This document shows positions 19,095 through 29,192 of a stretch of DNA of 59,501 nucleotides, piece after piece (position 1 is the stretch's first letter; each line of letters opens with the position of its first letter). The stretch lies in NCBI GenBank assembly GCA_964618105.1, contig CAZUAJ010000002.1:1-59501 (forward strand), given 5' to 3'. The notes beneath the pieces are model-generated. The model was not told where the DNA came from and did not search any database. It was given only the letters and a program-made list of their open reading frames with translations. The DNA comes from an uncultured Clostridium sp. (GTDB lineage Bacteria > Bacillota > Clostridia > TANB77 > CAG-508). A program made the translations under genes and the position numbers.

Positions 19095-19811
19095 ATTAAA
19101 TTCTTCCTTTCTTTTTCTAGTACATAAGATTTTATGCTAGTATATTCATTATACCCAATTACAATATGATCTAGTAATTGAATTCCTATTATTTTTGAAG
19201 CTTGTTCCATTTTTTGTGTAAATTTTAAATCTTGTTCGCTTGGTGTTGATACTCCACTTGGGTGATTGTGTACTACAATAATTTTTGGTGCTCCCATTTT
19301 AATAGCTTCGCTAAATATATCTTTTGTATCTATTATTGCTGAGTTTGTGGCTCCATATGATATGTTTTGTATTTTCATTACAATATTTTGGGAATTTAAA
19401 ATAACTACTTTCACTATTTCTCTTTTTTCTAATTTCAATTCAGCCATTAGTAAATTGGCTATATCATTTGGGCTTTTTACTTTTATTTTGCATTTATCAA
19501 TTGGTTTTGAAATTCTTTTGGCAAGTTCACATACAGCTTTTAACTGTATGGCTTTTACCCTTCCAATACCGTTTAATTTGCATTAGTTCTTCTAAAGATA
19601 ATTCTTGTAAAAATGTTAAATTATCTTTACAATTTTTTTCTTTTCCTAGTGAAAGTATTTTTTGTGCTAGCGTAACCGAGCTTTCTTCTTTCGTACCATT
19701 TTTTATAATTATCGCTAGTAATTCTGCATTTGATAATGTATTTTCTCCATACATTTCTAATTTTTCGTAAGGTCTTTCTGAAATAGGGAGCTGTTTCATT
19801 TTTATTGACAT
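19091..19811 (-). pseudogene. radC: RadC-family JAB/MPN protein with a 1-nt frame disruption near 19568-19573
   Basis: N-terminal ORF 19527..19811 (MKQLPISERPYEKL...LEELMQIK) runs into RYWKGKSHTVKSCM*. One frame over, the text continues GIGRVKAIQLKAVCELAKRISKP...LLMAELKLEKRE..., joining ORF 19091..19447, which carries the HNHPSG JAMM motif. Total length 721 nt = 3n+1. Confidence 0.8.
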
Positions 19812-19893
19812 ATTTTAATTCCTTTCTTAAGTGCCCCCTTAAATTATTGTTGAATAAATTTTATTTTTTAAAAGTATATTTCCCTTATTTAAA

Positions 19894-20151
19894 TTAAACT
19901 TTTTTGTAAATAAATATTGCTAATACAATTCCTATTATACTTGCTATGTTTATTTTAAACATTAGTCCAAAAGTAAGTTTAACAACATTTAGGTCTAATT
20001 CTATTGGATTTGATAAACCAAACTCTTCACCATAAGATAACCATGATAAAAAGTCTACATTTGATGCTAAATCACCAAGTAATCCACCTACTACAATTCC
20101 TGATAAAATAAATAAAAGTAAAATCCATATATTTTTTTCTCTTGTTGCCAT
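19894..20151 (-). CDS. Small membrane protein, DUF4321-like
   Basis: ATG at 20151 follows AGGAGGAAATATAAAA. Translation MATREKNIWILLLFILSGIVVGGLLGDLA... This is the usual neighbour of the maf/radC/mreB cluster in Clostridia. Confidence 0.55.
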   Translation of the reverse strand: MATREKNIWILLLFILSGIVVGGLLGDLASNVDFLSWLSYGEEFGLSNPIELDLNVVKLTFGLMFKINIASIIGIVLAIFIYKKV

Positions 20152-20371
20152 TTTTATATTTCCTCCTAAGTAACATTCTTGTAGTATTATATATTCATTT
20201 GTTGTATTTTTCAAGATAATTTACAATATTTTCATATAAAAAGCAATTGACATTAGGCATTTTGTGTTATATATATTATAATTATTAAAATTTTCCATAA
20301 ATTGTTGGTTCCATTTACATAGTAATGGTAGTATAATATTATTAGATTTATATTAATTAGGAGGACATTTA

Positions 20372-21013
20372 ATGAAATTTGAAAAATTAAGTGAGAACAA
20401 AATACAAATTACTTTAACTATTCAGGATTTAGTGGAAAAAGATATTGATTTTCATGTTTTCATGTCTAATCCTATTGAGTCACAACATATATTGTTAGAT
20501 ATGTTGGAAGAAGCTAAAAAAGAAACTGGATTTGACCCAGAAGATTATAATTTAAAGGTTGAGGCTTTATCTATGGCTGATACAAATTTTATTTTTACAA
20601 TTACCAAAATAAGCCCTGAAGAAAAAATAAAAACAGCTAAGAAAAAATTTACAGTTAAGAGAAAAAATATAGTTCCAGCTTTTCAATCTGTTTACTCTTT
20701 TAATCAATTTGATGATTTTTGCAATTTTTTAGTTTTTTCGAATAATAGCGGCATATATAGTTATTTAAAAGAAATTGCTAAATCAGTTACTTTATATGAA
20801 TACAAAGAAAAATATTATTTAATAATAAATAACGCAAATACTGAGTTGCTTAACAAAATTAAGTTCTACTCTTGTATTACTGAATTTGCAAAATGTATAA
20901 ATTCAAATGTTTTTTCTAGCAAATTAAAAGAATGTGGTAATTTAATTATGAAAAATAACGCATTTGAAATTGGATTTAACTTTTTTGTTGGTAAAAAAAG
21001 TATAAAAAAATAG
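20372..21013 (+). CDS. mecA: Adaptor protein MecA-like (ClpC adaptor)
   Basis: MKFEKLSENKIQITLTIQDLVEKDIDFHVFMSNP...LLDMLEEAKKETGF resembles the MecA N-terminal domain. Strong RBS AGGAGGACATTTA. Confidence 0.7.
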   Translation: MKFEKLSENKIQITLTIQDLVEKDIDFHVFMSNPIESQHILLDMLEEAKKETGFDPEDYNLKVEALSMADTNFIFTITKISPEEKIKTAKKKFTVKRKNIVPAFQSVYSFNQFDDFCNFLVFSNNSGIYSYLKEIAKSVTLYEYKEKYYLIINNANTELLNKIKFYSCITEFAKCINSNVFSSKLKECGNLIMKNNAFEIGFNFFVGKKSIKK

Positions 21014-21041
21014 GCACTTCAAATGTACCTATTTTTTTATT

Positions 21042-22022
21042 TTAATATACATAATTTTGTGGATCATATAAAACTCCATTTACTCTTACTTCAAAATGTA
21101 AGTGTGGTCCAGTTGAATTTCCTGTAGAACCAACTTTAGCTATAACTTGACCTTGTGAAACAGATTGCCCTTTTGATGCTATTAGTTGACTACAATGTGC
21201 ATAAACAGTTTCAACTCCATTTCCATGAGCTATTTTTATCATGTATCCATAAGAATTATTCCACCCTGCTACTGTAACTGTTCCTCCAGCTGCTGCTTTT
21301 ATTGGTGTACCTGTTGAAGTTGCAATATCTAACCCTCTGTGTCCATCACTTCTTGTTCCAAACCTTGAAGTTATAATTCCTGAAACTGGTGTTATTAATG
21401 AAACTCCAAGATTTATTTTTTTATATGATAATCCAGATACATTACCTGAATATGCTGTTGCAACATAAGTAACTTGTGGTGCTTCATATAGTTTAGATAC
21501 ACATTTTTCTACAGATGTAAATTTTTTTGTTTCAGTATCATATTTTTCCACAATTCCTAATTGTTTTTTATTTGCACTATCTTTCTTTTTTAGTTTTGAT
21601 ATAACTTCTTCTGCTTCTTTAAATGTTGAAACATAAGCTTTTTCTTTTTTATTGTTTGTAATTGCATAATATTTGTAATATTGTGTACCGTCTTGTATTG
21701 CTTTTTCATATATTTCATCGTCATTTGGTATTATATCTTTTTTTAATAAACATAATGTATATTCTGGTACAGAATTGATTTGCCTAAATGCAATACCTTT
21801 TTCTGTGTCTCCTTCCATGTACTTATTTATTCTATTTTGTAATTCTGTTTTATTTTCCGTATAGCCTACAAGTTCACCATTTAATGATACCGCATAAGTT
21901 GGTTTATAAAAAAATGCAACCACACTTATAACAAGAAATGCAGATAAAATAGTTAATATTATTATTTTTACTGTTGTTCTAAAGAACATTGCAAACTTTC
22001 TAAAACTATTAATTTTAAACAC
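21042..22022 (-). CDS. M23/LytM-family metallopeptidase, membrane-anchored
   Basis: N-terminal TM. The C-terminal part has HRGLD (HxxxD) and PHLHFEV (HxH) with GSTGNSTGPHLHFEVRVNG. Confidence 0.85.
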   Translation of the reverse strand: MFKINSFRKFAMFFRTTVKIIILTILSAFLVISVVAFFYKPTYAVSLNGELVGYTENKTELQNRINKYMEGDTEKGIAFRQINSVPEYTLCLLKKDIIPNDDEIYEKAIQDGTQYYKYYAITNNKKEKAYVSTFKEAEEVISKLKKKDSANKKQLGIVEKYDTETKKFTSVEKCVSKLYEAPQVTYVATAYSGNVSGLSYKKINLGVSLITPVSGIITSRFGTRSDGHRGLDIATSTGTPIKAAAGGTVTVAGWNNSYGYMIKIAHGNGVETVYAHCSQLIASKGQSVSQGQVIAKVGSTGNSTGPHLHFEVRVNGVLYDPQNYVY

Positions 22023-22140
22023 TCCCTATTCTTTTTTTGTTTCCTATATATTTTATAATAAATATGGAAAAATTACAAGGGGTTGATTGATTTTTTTGTT
22101 AATCCTTTATAACATCAAACATTATTTAATAATAATAGAA

Positions 22141-22170
22141 AAATCAAGCATGAGAAATGCTTGATTTTTC
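22141..22170. terminator. Terminator downstream of the coat-protein genes
   Basis: atcaagcat-gagaa-atgcttgat stem-loop with flanking A-run and T-run. Confidence 0.5.
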
Positions 22171-22177
22171 TAATTTA

Positions 22178-22423
22178 CTATTGATTTAATTCATCTTTAA
22201 CAGTTTGTATTTCTGTTACTGTTGCTTTTTGTGCAGGTTGATAATATCCTTTTGTTTGTGCAACTTTGAATAATTCATATTGAAAGCTCTCATCACCATT
22301 TCTAATTTGTTGAAGTGTTTGTCTTAGTTGCATGTTTTCTGCCTCAGTTATAGCTGTTTGATATGCCGTTAAGTCAGATTTTACACTCCCTAAAATATCA
22401 TTTACCATTGTTTTTTCATCCAT
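22178..22423 (-). CDS. Spore coat protein F-like (Coat_F domain)
   Basis: 81 aa. MVNDILGSVKSDLTAYQTAITEAENMQLRQTLQQIRNGDESFQYELFKVAQTKGYY fits the Coat_F pattern. Confidence 0.6.
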   Translation of the reverse strand: MDEKTMVNDILGSVKSDLTAYQTAITEAENMQLRQTLQQIRNGDESFQYELFKVAQTKGYYQPAQKATVTEIQTVKDELNQ

Positions 22424-22494
22424 TACATTTTCTCCCTTCTTAATTTAATGTTTGTGTTGTCATTTTAAATTAATTTTTTAGCTACAGTTTAAGA

Positions 22495-22683
22495 TTAATC
22501 GTTTAAAAATGACATTAATTTTTGTTTTGTATTTAAAGCGTCTTGTGCTGATTTTGCAAATAGTTGCTTTATTTGTGGGTCTACAGCTTGTGAAGAAAAT
22601 GTATTTAGTTTTTGATATGCTGTTTCGTGTGCTCCTATTAAATGCCTTAGATGTTGTAATTCTAGTTGATTTAAATTTGCCAT
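22495..22683 (-). CDS. Small spore-coat-associated protein (CotF-partner type)
   Basis: ATG at 22683 follows GGAAAGGAATG. MANLNQLELQHLRHLIGAHETAYQKLNTFSSQAVDPQIKQLF... Paired with the CotF-like gene. Confidence 0.45.
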   Translation of the reverse strand: MANLNQLELQHLRHLIGAHETAYQKLNTFSSQAVDPQIKQLFAKSAQDALNTKQKLMSFLND

Positions 22684-22803
22684 TCTTATCATTCCTTTCC
22701 TCATAATATTTCGTATTTATTATGAGCAAATTTTTAAATTTTATACGATGTTTATATTTTAAAAATTAAATTAACATATATAAAATAATAGGATATAATG
22801 TTT

Positions 22804-25086
22804 CTATAAAATTTCTAAATTTGCAAATTTAGCCATAAGCCTTTTATGACCTGACTTATCAAATTGAATGTCTAACTTGTAATCGTCTCCTTCTGCTTCA
22901 ATCTTATTTATTATTCCTTCACCAAATTTCTTGTGATAAATTCTCATTCCTTCTTTATATTTTGTAATGTCAACTTCTTGTTTGTTTTGTTTTTGTGATA
23001 ATGAATTTAAAAAGCTTTCTGCCGTTCTAAATTGATATGTAGATTTTGATTTTGTTGTTTCTTTTTTATTATCTAATTTATAAGTTGTTACTGTTCCAAC
23101 TTTCGTTTTTCCATATTCCCAATTATATGACATGTCGTTAAACTTTTCTTCTGTGTCATTATTAACAACTCCATCTAATAAATTATCTGGAATTTCTTTA
23201 ATAAATCTTGATACTGCATTATAACTTGTTGAGCCAAATATTGTTCTATGTTTTGCGCATGTTAAGTGTAAAAATTGTTTTGCTCTTGTAATTCCTACAT
23301 AAAATAAACGTCTTTCTTCTTCAAGTTCTTTTGGTTCTCCAATTGATTTATATCCAGGAAATATACCTTCTTCCATTCCTACTAAAAACACTACTGGAAA
23401 TTCTAACCCTTTTGCACTATGTAAAGTCATTAAAGTCACAGTATTGTCTTCGTCTTGCATTTCGTCTATATCACTTGATAAAGTAATACTTTCTAAAAAT
23501 TCTGCTAATGTATTGTCTGCAGATTCTTCTTCAAATTCTATTGCTACTGTTAAAAATTCTTCTAAGTTTTGTATTCTTGTTTCTGCTTCAACTGAATTTT
23601 CTAATTCTAATGCTTTTGTATAACCAGATTTGCTTAAAACTTCTTTTAATAAATCTGAAATATTAAATTCTTCTTTTTTTACTCTTAAGTCTTCTATTAA
23701 ATTTATAAATTCCTCTGCATTTGCTTTTACTCTATTTAATCCAAATTCTTCTGCATGTTTTATTATTTCATACATTGATGTTCCGGTTTTGTCTGAAATT
23801 TCTTGTATATTGTCAAGGCTTGTTTTTCCAATTCCACGTTTTGGTTCATTTATTATTCTTTTTAATGACAAGTTGTCAGATGGATTATATATTAACCTTA
23901 AATATGCAATTGTATCTTTTATTTCTTTTCTTTCATAGAATTTTAAGCTACCAACAATTTTATATGGTATGTTTTCTCTTCTTAGAATATCTTCTATTGC
24001 CCTTGATTGTGCATTCATACGATATAATACTACAAAGTCTTTTGGTTTTAAATATTCTTCTGTTTTTAGGTGTTCTATTTGTTTTACTATATAGTTTGCT
24101 TCATCATATTCATCTTCTGCTTGGTATAAGCAGGGTAAACTTCCTTCTTCGTTTTCAGTCCATAACTTTTTTTCATATTTATTTTCGTTGTGTTTTATTA
24201 CTGCATTTGCAGCTTTCAAAATATTACCTGTGCAACGATAATTTTGCTCTAGTTTTATAATTTTTGTACCTGGAAAGTCTTTTTCAAAATTTAAAATATT
24301 ACTTATGTCTGCTCCTCTAAAGCTGTATATTCCTTGGTCGTTGTCTCCTACTACTGTGATGTTTCCATAGTGCGATGCTAATATTGTTACTAATGTAAAT
24401 TGTGCTTTATTTGTATCTTGATATTCGTCTACTAATACATATTTGAATTTTTCAGTGTAATGCTGCATTACATCTGGATTGTCGCTTAATATGTCTATTG
24501 TGTAGTTTATAATGTCGTCAAAGTCTATTGCATTGTTTTCTTTAAGCCTTTTTTGGTACATTTCATATACTTGTCCTATTTTTTCTCTTCTGTAGTCTCC
24601 TGAGTATTTGGTTTGATATGCTTTTGGCGTTAACATTTCATTTTTTGCATTACTAATTTCTGATAAAACACTTCTGTCTGTGAATGTTTTATCATCTAAT
24701 TTTAGTGTTTTTAAACATTCTTTTACAACTGTTTTTTGGTCTGATGTGTCAAATATTAAAAATGATGTGTCAAAGCCTATTCTGTCTATAAATCTTCTTA
24801 AAATTCGTACACAAATAGAGTGGAATGTTCCCATCCACATTTCTTGAGCTACATCTCCAACTATTTTTTCCACTCTTTGTTTCATTTCACTTGCAGCTTT
24901 ATTTGTAAATGTAATAGCCAATATGTTATATGGTTTTACGTTTTTTTCTGATATTAAGTATGCTATTTTATGTGTTAGCACTTTTGTTTTTCCTGAACCT
25001 GCTCCTGCAATTACCAAACATGGTCCTTCCGTAGCAAGTACGGCCTCTTTTTGTTTATTATTTAATTCTTCTATTAAGTTTTGCAT
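22804..25086 (-). CDS. pcrA: ATP-dependent DNA helicase PcrA (UvrD family)
   Basis: 760 aa. Has AGAGSGKTKVLTHKIAYL (Walker A), VDEYQDTN, and the TLHSAKGLEFPVVFL and YVGITRA motifs. Confidence 0.9.
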   Translation of the reverse strand: MQNLIEELNNKQKEAVLATEGPCLVIAGAGSGKTKVLTHKIAYLISEKNVKPYNILAITFTNKAASEMKQRVEKIVGDVAQEMWMGTFHSICVRILRRFIDRIGFDTSFLIFDTSDQKTVVKECLKTLKLDDKTFTDRSVLSEISNAKNEMLTPKAYQTKYSGDYRREKIGQVYEMYQKRLKENNAIDFDDIINYTIDILSDNPDVMQHYTEKFKYVLVDEYQDTNKAQFTLVTILASHYGNITVVGDNDQGIYSFRGADISNILNFEKDFPGTKIIKLEQNYRCTGNILKAANAVIKHNENKYEKKLWTENEEGSLPCLYQAEDEYDEANYIVKQIEHLKTEEYLKPKDFVVLYRMNAQSRAIEDILRRENIPYKIVGSLKFYERKEIKDTIAYLRLIYNPSDNLSLKRIINEPKRGIGKTSLDNIQEISDKTGTSMYEIIKHAEEFGLNRVKANAEEFINLIEDLRVKKEEFNISDLLKEVLSKSGYTKALELENSVEAETRIQNLEEFLTVAIEFEEESADNTLAEFLESITLSSDIDEMQDEDNTVTLMTLHSAKGLEFPVVFLVGMEEGIFPGYKSIGEPKELEEERRLFYVGITRAKQFLHLTCAKHRTIFGSTSYNAVSRFIKEIPDNLLDGVVNNDTEEKFNDMSYNWEYGKTKVGTVTTYKLDNKKETTKSKSTYQFRTAESFLNSLSQKQNKQEVDITKYKEGMRIYHKKFGEGIINKIEAEGDDYKLDIQFDKSGHKRLMAKFANLEIL

Positions 25087-25213
25087 TTGTTCTTTATTCC
25101 TTTCAGTTTTTAGTACTTTGCCAATAATATAAAAATATTCTACTACATTATATATAAATTATGAGTTTAAAGTCAATAGATTTTGATTAATTTCTACAAA
25201 CAAACTTTCTGTG

Positions 25214-25957
25214 TTATATTGACATTGCAAATATTCCTATAAGTAGACCTAACATGCTACCAACTGCTGTCATTCTTCCATGGTATAAGTTATTAGCTTC
25301 TGGTGTTAATTCGCCTGATACTATGTATATCATTGCTCCTGCTGCAAAGGCTAAACACATTGCTATTATACTTTGTGAAATTCCACCAACTAATGCTCCT
25401 AAAAATGCCCCTATTCCAGTAGTAATTCCTGAAAGTATTACATAAAATATTACTTTAGATTTTTTCATTCCTCCATTTTTCATTGGTACTGCCATTGATA
25501 TTCCTTCTGGTATGTCATGTAAGCATATTGCAATTGCAAGTGAAAGACCTAATTTTATTGATGCTCCAAATCCTGAGCCTATTGCTAAACCTTCTGGCAA
25601 GTTGTGTAATGCCAACCCTATACTTACTACTATCCCTGTTTTTAATAGTGCATTTTTACTATCTTTAAATCTTGTTGATTTATTAAATTTTTTGTCTACT
25701 AACAAGTCACATATTATCATCATTATTATTCCCAAAAATATTCCTAAGAATACTGTTGGTAAGTTTGTTAGGTTAAATGCTTCTGGAAGTAAGTCAAAAC
25801 ATACAATTGCAAGCATTAAGCCAGATGCAAATGCTAATATAAAGCTTAAAAATTTTTTTGACGGATTTTTGAATTTTATTCCTATTATTCCGCCTAGTGT
25901 TGTTCCAAATGTTCCAAAAAATAAACCAATTAATGTAGTTTTTAGTATTTCATTCAA
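25214..25957 (-). CDS. ZIP-family divalent metal (zinc) transporter
   Basis: Polytopic protein with HNLPEGLAIG and HDIPEGISMAVP signatures, as in ZupT/GufA. Confidence 0.8.
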   Translation of the reverse strand: MNEILKTTLIGLFFGTFGTTLGGIIGIKFKNPSKKFLSFILAFASGLMLAIVCFDLLPEAFNLTNLPTVFLGIFLGIIMMIICDLLVDKKFNKSTRFKDSKNALLKTGIVVSIGLALHNLPEGLAIGSGFGASIKLGLSLAIAICLHDIPEGISMAVPMKNGGMKKSKVIFYVILSGITTGIGAFLGALVGGISQSIIAMCLAFAAGAMIYIVSGELTPEANNLYHGRMTAVGSMLGLLIGIFAMSI

Positions 25958-26015
25958 AATAAAAACTCCTTTAAAATAAAATTTGTTAATTAATTTTATT
26001 TTAAAGAAGTTTATT

Positions 26016-27080
26016 TTATTCTTCTTCAGTTCCTTTTAATTTTTCAGCTGTGTCTGCTGTAATTAAACTATCTATCATTTCGTCTAAGTCACCATTTAAA
26101 AAGCTTTCCATTTGATATATAGAAATTCCAATTCTATGGTCTGTTATTCGCCCTTGAGGATAATTATATGTTCTTATTTTTTCGCTTCTATCTCCACTAC
26201 CAACTTGACTTTTTCTTGCATTTGCTACTTCACTATCTTGTTTTGCTTTTTCTTGTTCATATAATCTTGAACGAAGTAATTTCATAGCATAATCTCTATT
26301 TTGAAATTGTGATCTTTCTGTTTGACATTCTGCAACCATTCCTGTTGGTATGTGTATTAAACGTACTGCTGATGATGTTTTGTTAACATGTTGACCACCA
26401 GCACCAGATGCTCTAAATACTTCCATTTTTATATCTGCTGGATTTATGTCTATTTCTACATCTCCAACTTCTGGTAATACTACAACTGTTGCTGTTGATG
26501 TGTGTATTCTTCCACTTGCTTCTGTGTCTGGAACTCTTTGTACACGGTGTACTCCACTTTCAAATTTTAGTCTGCTATATGCGCCTTTTCCAGTAATCAT
26601 AAAAGATATTTCTTTATAACCGCCAAGTCCAGTTTCATTTTCATTTAATATTTCTAGTTTCCAATGCTTTTTTTCAGCATACATTGAATACATTCTAAAT
26701 AATGTACCTGCAAATAGTGCAGCTTCTTCTCCGCCAGCTCCACCACGAATTTCACAAATTACGTTTTTGTCGTCATTCGGATCTTTTGGAATTAGTAAAA
26801 TTTTTATTTCTTCTTCTAATTTTGGTAATTTTAATTTATTTTCTTCTATTTCAATTTCTGCAAGTTCTTTCATTTCAGGGTCTTTTAGCATTTCTTTTGC
26901 GTCTTCAATTGCTTGTTTTGCTTTTTTATATTCCCTATATTTTAACACAACAGGTTCAATTTCTGCATGTTCTTTCATAAGTGCTTGCCACTGTGATTGC
27001 TGAGCAATTATTTCTGGATCACTAATTTTTTTAGTAACCTCATTATATCGTTTTTCAACTTCATCCAATTTTTGAAACAT
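26016..27080 (-). CDS. prfA: Peptide chain release factor 1
   Basis: [21 protein letters not shown] (RF1-type tripeptide region) and [23 protein letters not shown] (GGQ). Confidence 0.9.
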   Translation of the reverse strand: MFQKLDEVEKRYNEVTKKISDPEIIAQQSQWQALMKEHAEIEPVVLKYREYKKAKQAIEDAKEMLKDPEMKELAEIEIEENKLKLPKLEEEIKILLIPKDPNDDKNVICEIRGGAGGEEAALFAGTLFRMYSMYAEKKHWKLEILNENETGLGGYKEISFMITGKGAYSRLKFESGVHRVQRVPDTEASGRIHTSTATVVVLPEVGDVEIDINPADIKMEVFRASGAGGQHVNKTSSAVRLIHIPTGMVAECQTERSQFQNRDYAMKLLRSRLYEQEKAKQDSEVANARKSQVGSGDRSEKIRTYNYPQGRITDHRIGISIYQMESFLNGDLDEMIDSLITADTAEKLKGTEEE

Positions 27081-27182
27081 TATTTTTCTCCTATTCTTTT
27101 TAATTATTATTAAGTAATATACTTTTTAAAATAATTTAAGCTTTGCTTTATTTAAAGCAAAGCAATTATACCATATATTTTA

Positions 27183-29108
27183 TTATAATTCAATGAAATT
27201 ATATTGTATATTCATTAAATCTAATATTTGCTTTTCTCTATTACTACAAGTTAAAATAATAATTTGGTGTTCACTAGATTTTTCATTTAAAAACATTAAA
27301 CAATTTTTTAATCTTTCATCATCAAAATAAGCAAATACTTCGTCTAATATAATTGGCATTTTTTCTTCTGATATTTCATCGAGCATTGAAAGTCTTAAAG
27401 ATAAGTATAATTCATCAATTGTTCCAACACTCAGTCTATTTACAGAAATATATTCGCCATTTTGTAATTCAACGATTAAACCTTTTTCTTGATTAAATAC
27501 TACCTTTTTATATTTTCCATTTGAAATTGTATTTGCTATATTAGATAAATTTTGAGTAAATCTTGGCGTAACATTATTTTTCATTTTTTCATAAGCTTTT
27601 TCTAATAATTCTTTCGTTGCTAATATACATTTATTTCTTTTTTGTAATTCACTTAATTTTTCAGTTAAAACTTCATATTCTTCTTCTTTAGAAATATATT
27701 CTTCTAATTTATTATTAATATCAATTTCTTCATGTTCAATACTATTTAATTTTAATTTATATTCCATTATTTTTTTATTTGAAATTTCTATTTCTTTTTC
27801 TAATTTATCTTTTTCTTCTATTTTAAAATCAATTTCATTATTATAATTTAATATTTTTTCTTTTTCCAAATTAAAATTTAATATAATTTTTTGTTTTTCA
27901 TCTTCTATTTCATTTTTAGATTTTTTTATATTTTCTTCTAATAAATTAATTTGGCTATTTAATATGGTAATTTTTTCATTCAATTCATTTTCTATTTTTT
28001 CATTTTTTATATTTTCTTTTTTTATTTCATTAATTATTTTTTTATATTTTAAAAATTTAATGGTAAATATAATTAATTCACTTAAAATTAAAAATAAAAT
28101 AAAATAATTTATAATTTTATTTTTTATTAAATTAAAATTAATTATACTTAAAATAATTAATAAAATAAAAATAATAATAAATAATTTATAATTTATTTTT
28201 TTATTTAAATTAATTGTATTTGATTTTATATTTTTTAAATTATTTTTTATTAAATTATTTTTTTCTTCTATTTTATTTTTTATTTTTTCTTCATTTTCAT
28301 TATTTATTTTATTTTTTAAATTATTTTTTTCTAATTCAATTAAATATTTATTAAATAATAAATTTATTTTATTTAAATTATTATTTTTTTGTTCTTCTTG
28401 TTCTAAATTTTGTTTTAAATTATTCTTTTCTTGTTCTAAATTTTTCTTGCTTTCATTTGCTTCTTTTTTTGTCTTTAAGTCTTCCTGTAGCATTTTTACT
28501 TTATTTTGAACTATATTAATTGGTCTGTCCTGTGTTCTTGTTGTTCCAACTTCTTCTACTAACCTTTTGTTTAGCTTTTCGATTGCCTTTTGATATGACA
28601 CTTTATCATCTCCAGTTCCCGCAAGGTTTGCAAGTTTTTGTATTAAAATATTCTGAGATTGATTATCTAGTACAACATCTTGTTGTGGTGACATTATCGT
28701 TGATATGTAAGTTCTCTCGTCTATGTTGGTTTGTTCATAAAAAAATTGATTTCCGTCCTTTTTGTCAATTTTAAATTCTTGTGAAATTTCTTCTAATTTT
28801 TCATTAAAAACAGTTGGATTTTTTTTATGAAAGTCACGATAGACTTCATAAGTTTCATTATTATTTAATTTATATTTTATTTTTCCAGAAAATTCTTCAC
28901 CTATCCAAGGTAAATATTTTTCATAATCTGATAATTCTTTTCCATTTTTATTTTTAGAAATTCCATAAAAAATATTTTTTAAATAATTTAATAATGTAGA
29001 TTTTCCTGTTTCGTTTTTTCCATAAATAATATTTATATTATTTTTTAAATTAATTTCTTTTTGTTTTAAATTTCCATAATTATTTATTTTAATATTTTGT
29101 ATTTTCAA
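27183..29108 (-). CDS. SbcC/YhaN-like AAA ATPase with long N/K/I/E-rich coiled coil and central hydrophobic hairpin
   Basis: TTG start after AAGGAGAAAAAA. Walker A is GKNETGKSTLLNYL. The C-terminal part has PIILDEVFAYFDDERL (Walker B/D-loop). The mid-protein segment LFIIIFILLIILSIINFNLIKNKIINYFILFLILSELIIFTIKFL is hydrophobic. Confidence 0.6.
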   Translation of the reverse strand: MKIQNIKINNYGNLKQKEINLKNNINIIYGKNETGKSTLLNYLKNIFYGISKNKNGKELSDYEKYLPWIGEEFSGKIKYKLNNNETYEVYRDFHKKNPTVFNEKLEEISQEFKIDKKDGNQFFYEQTNIDERTYISTIMSPQQDVVLDNQSQNILIQKLANLAGTGDDKVSYQKAIEKLNKRLVEEVGTTRTQDRPINIVQNKVKMLQEDLKTKKEANESKKNLEQEKNNLKQNLEQEEQKNNNLNKINLLFNKYLIELEKNNLKNKINNENEEKIKNKIEEKNNLIKNNLKNIKSNTINLNKKINYKLFIIIFILLIILSIINFNLIKNKIINYFILFLILSELIIFTIKFLKYKKIINEIKKENIKNEKIENELNEKITILNSQINLLEENIKKSKNEIEDEKQKIILNFNLEKEKILNYNNEIDFKIEEKDKLEKEIEISNKKIMEYKLKLNSIEHEEIDINNKLEEYISKEEEYEVLTEKLSELQKRNKCILATKELLEKAYEKMKNNVTPRFTQNLSNIANTISNGKYKKVVFNQEKGLIVELQNGEYISVNRLSVGTIDELYLSLRLSMLDEISEEKMPIILDEVFAYFDDERLKNCLMFLNEKSSEHQIIILTCSNREKQILDLMNIQYNFIEL

Positions 29109-29192
29109 TTTTTTCTCCTTAATTTAATTATTTATTTTTTAAAATTTAATTATTTAATAAAATTATATTATTTTAATTTAATTATTTATTTT

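Noticed and set aside
22478-22729. 83-aa ORF overlapping the small coat-protein gene in another frame
   Set aside because: Its K/R/T/N-rich low-complexity translation has no RBS. The overlapping frame (22495..22683) has a good RBS and a coat-protein-like sequence.
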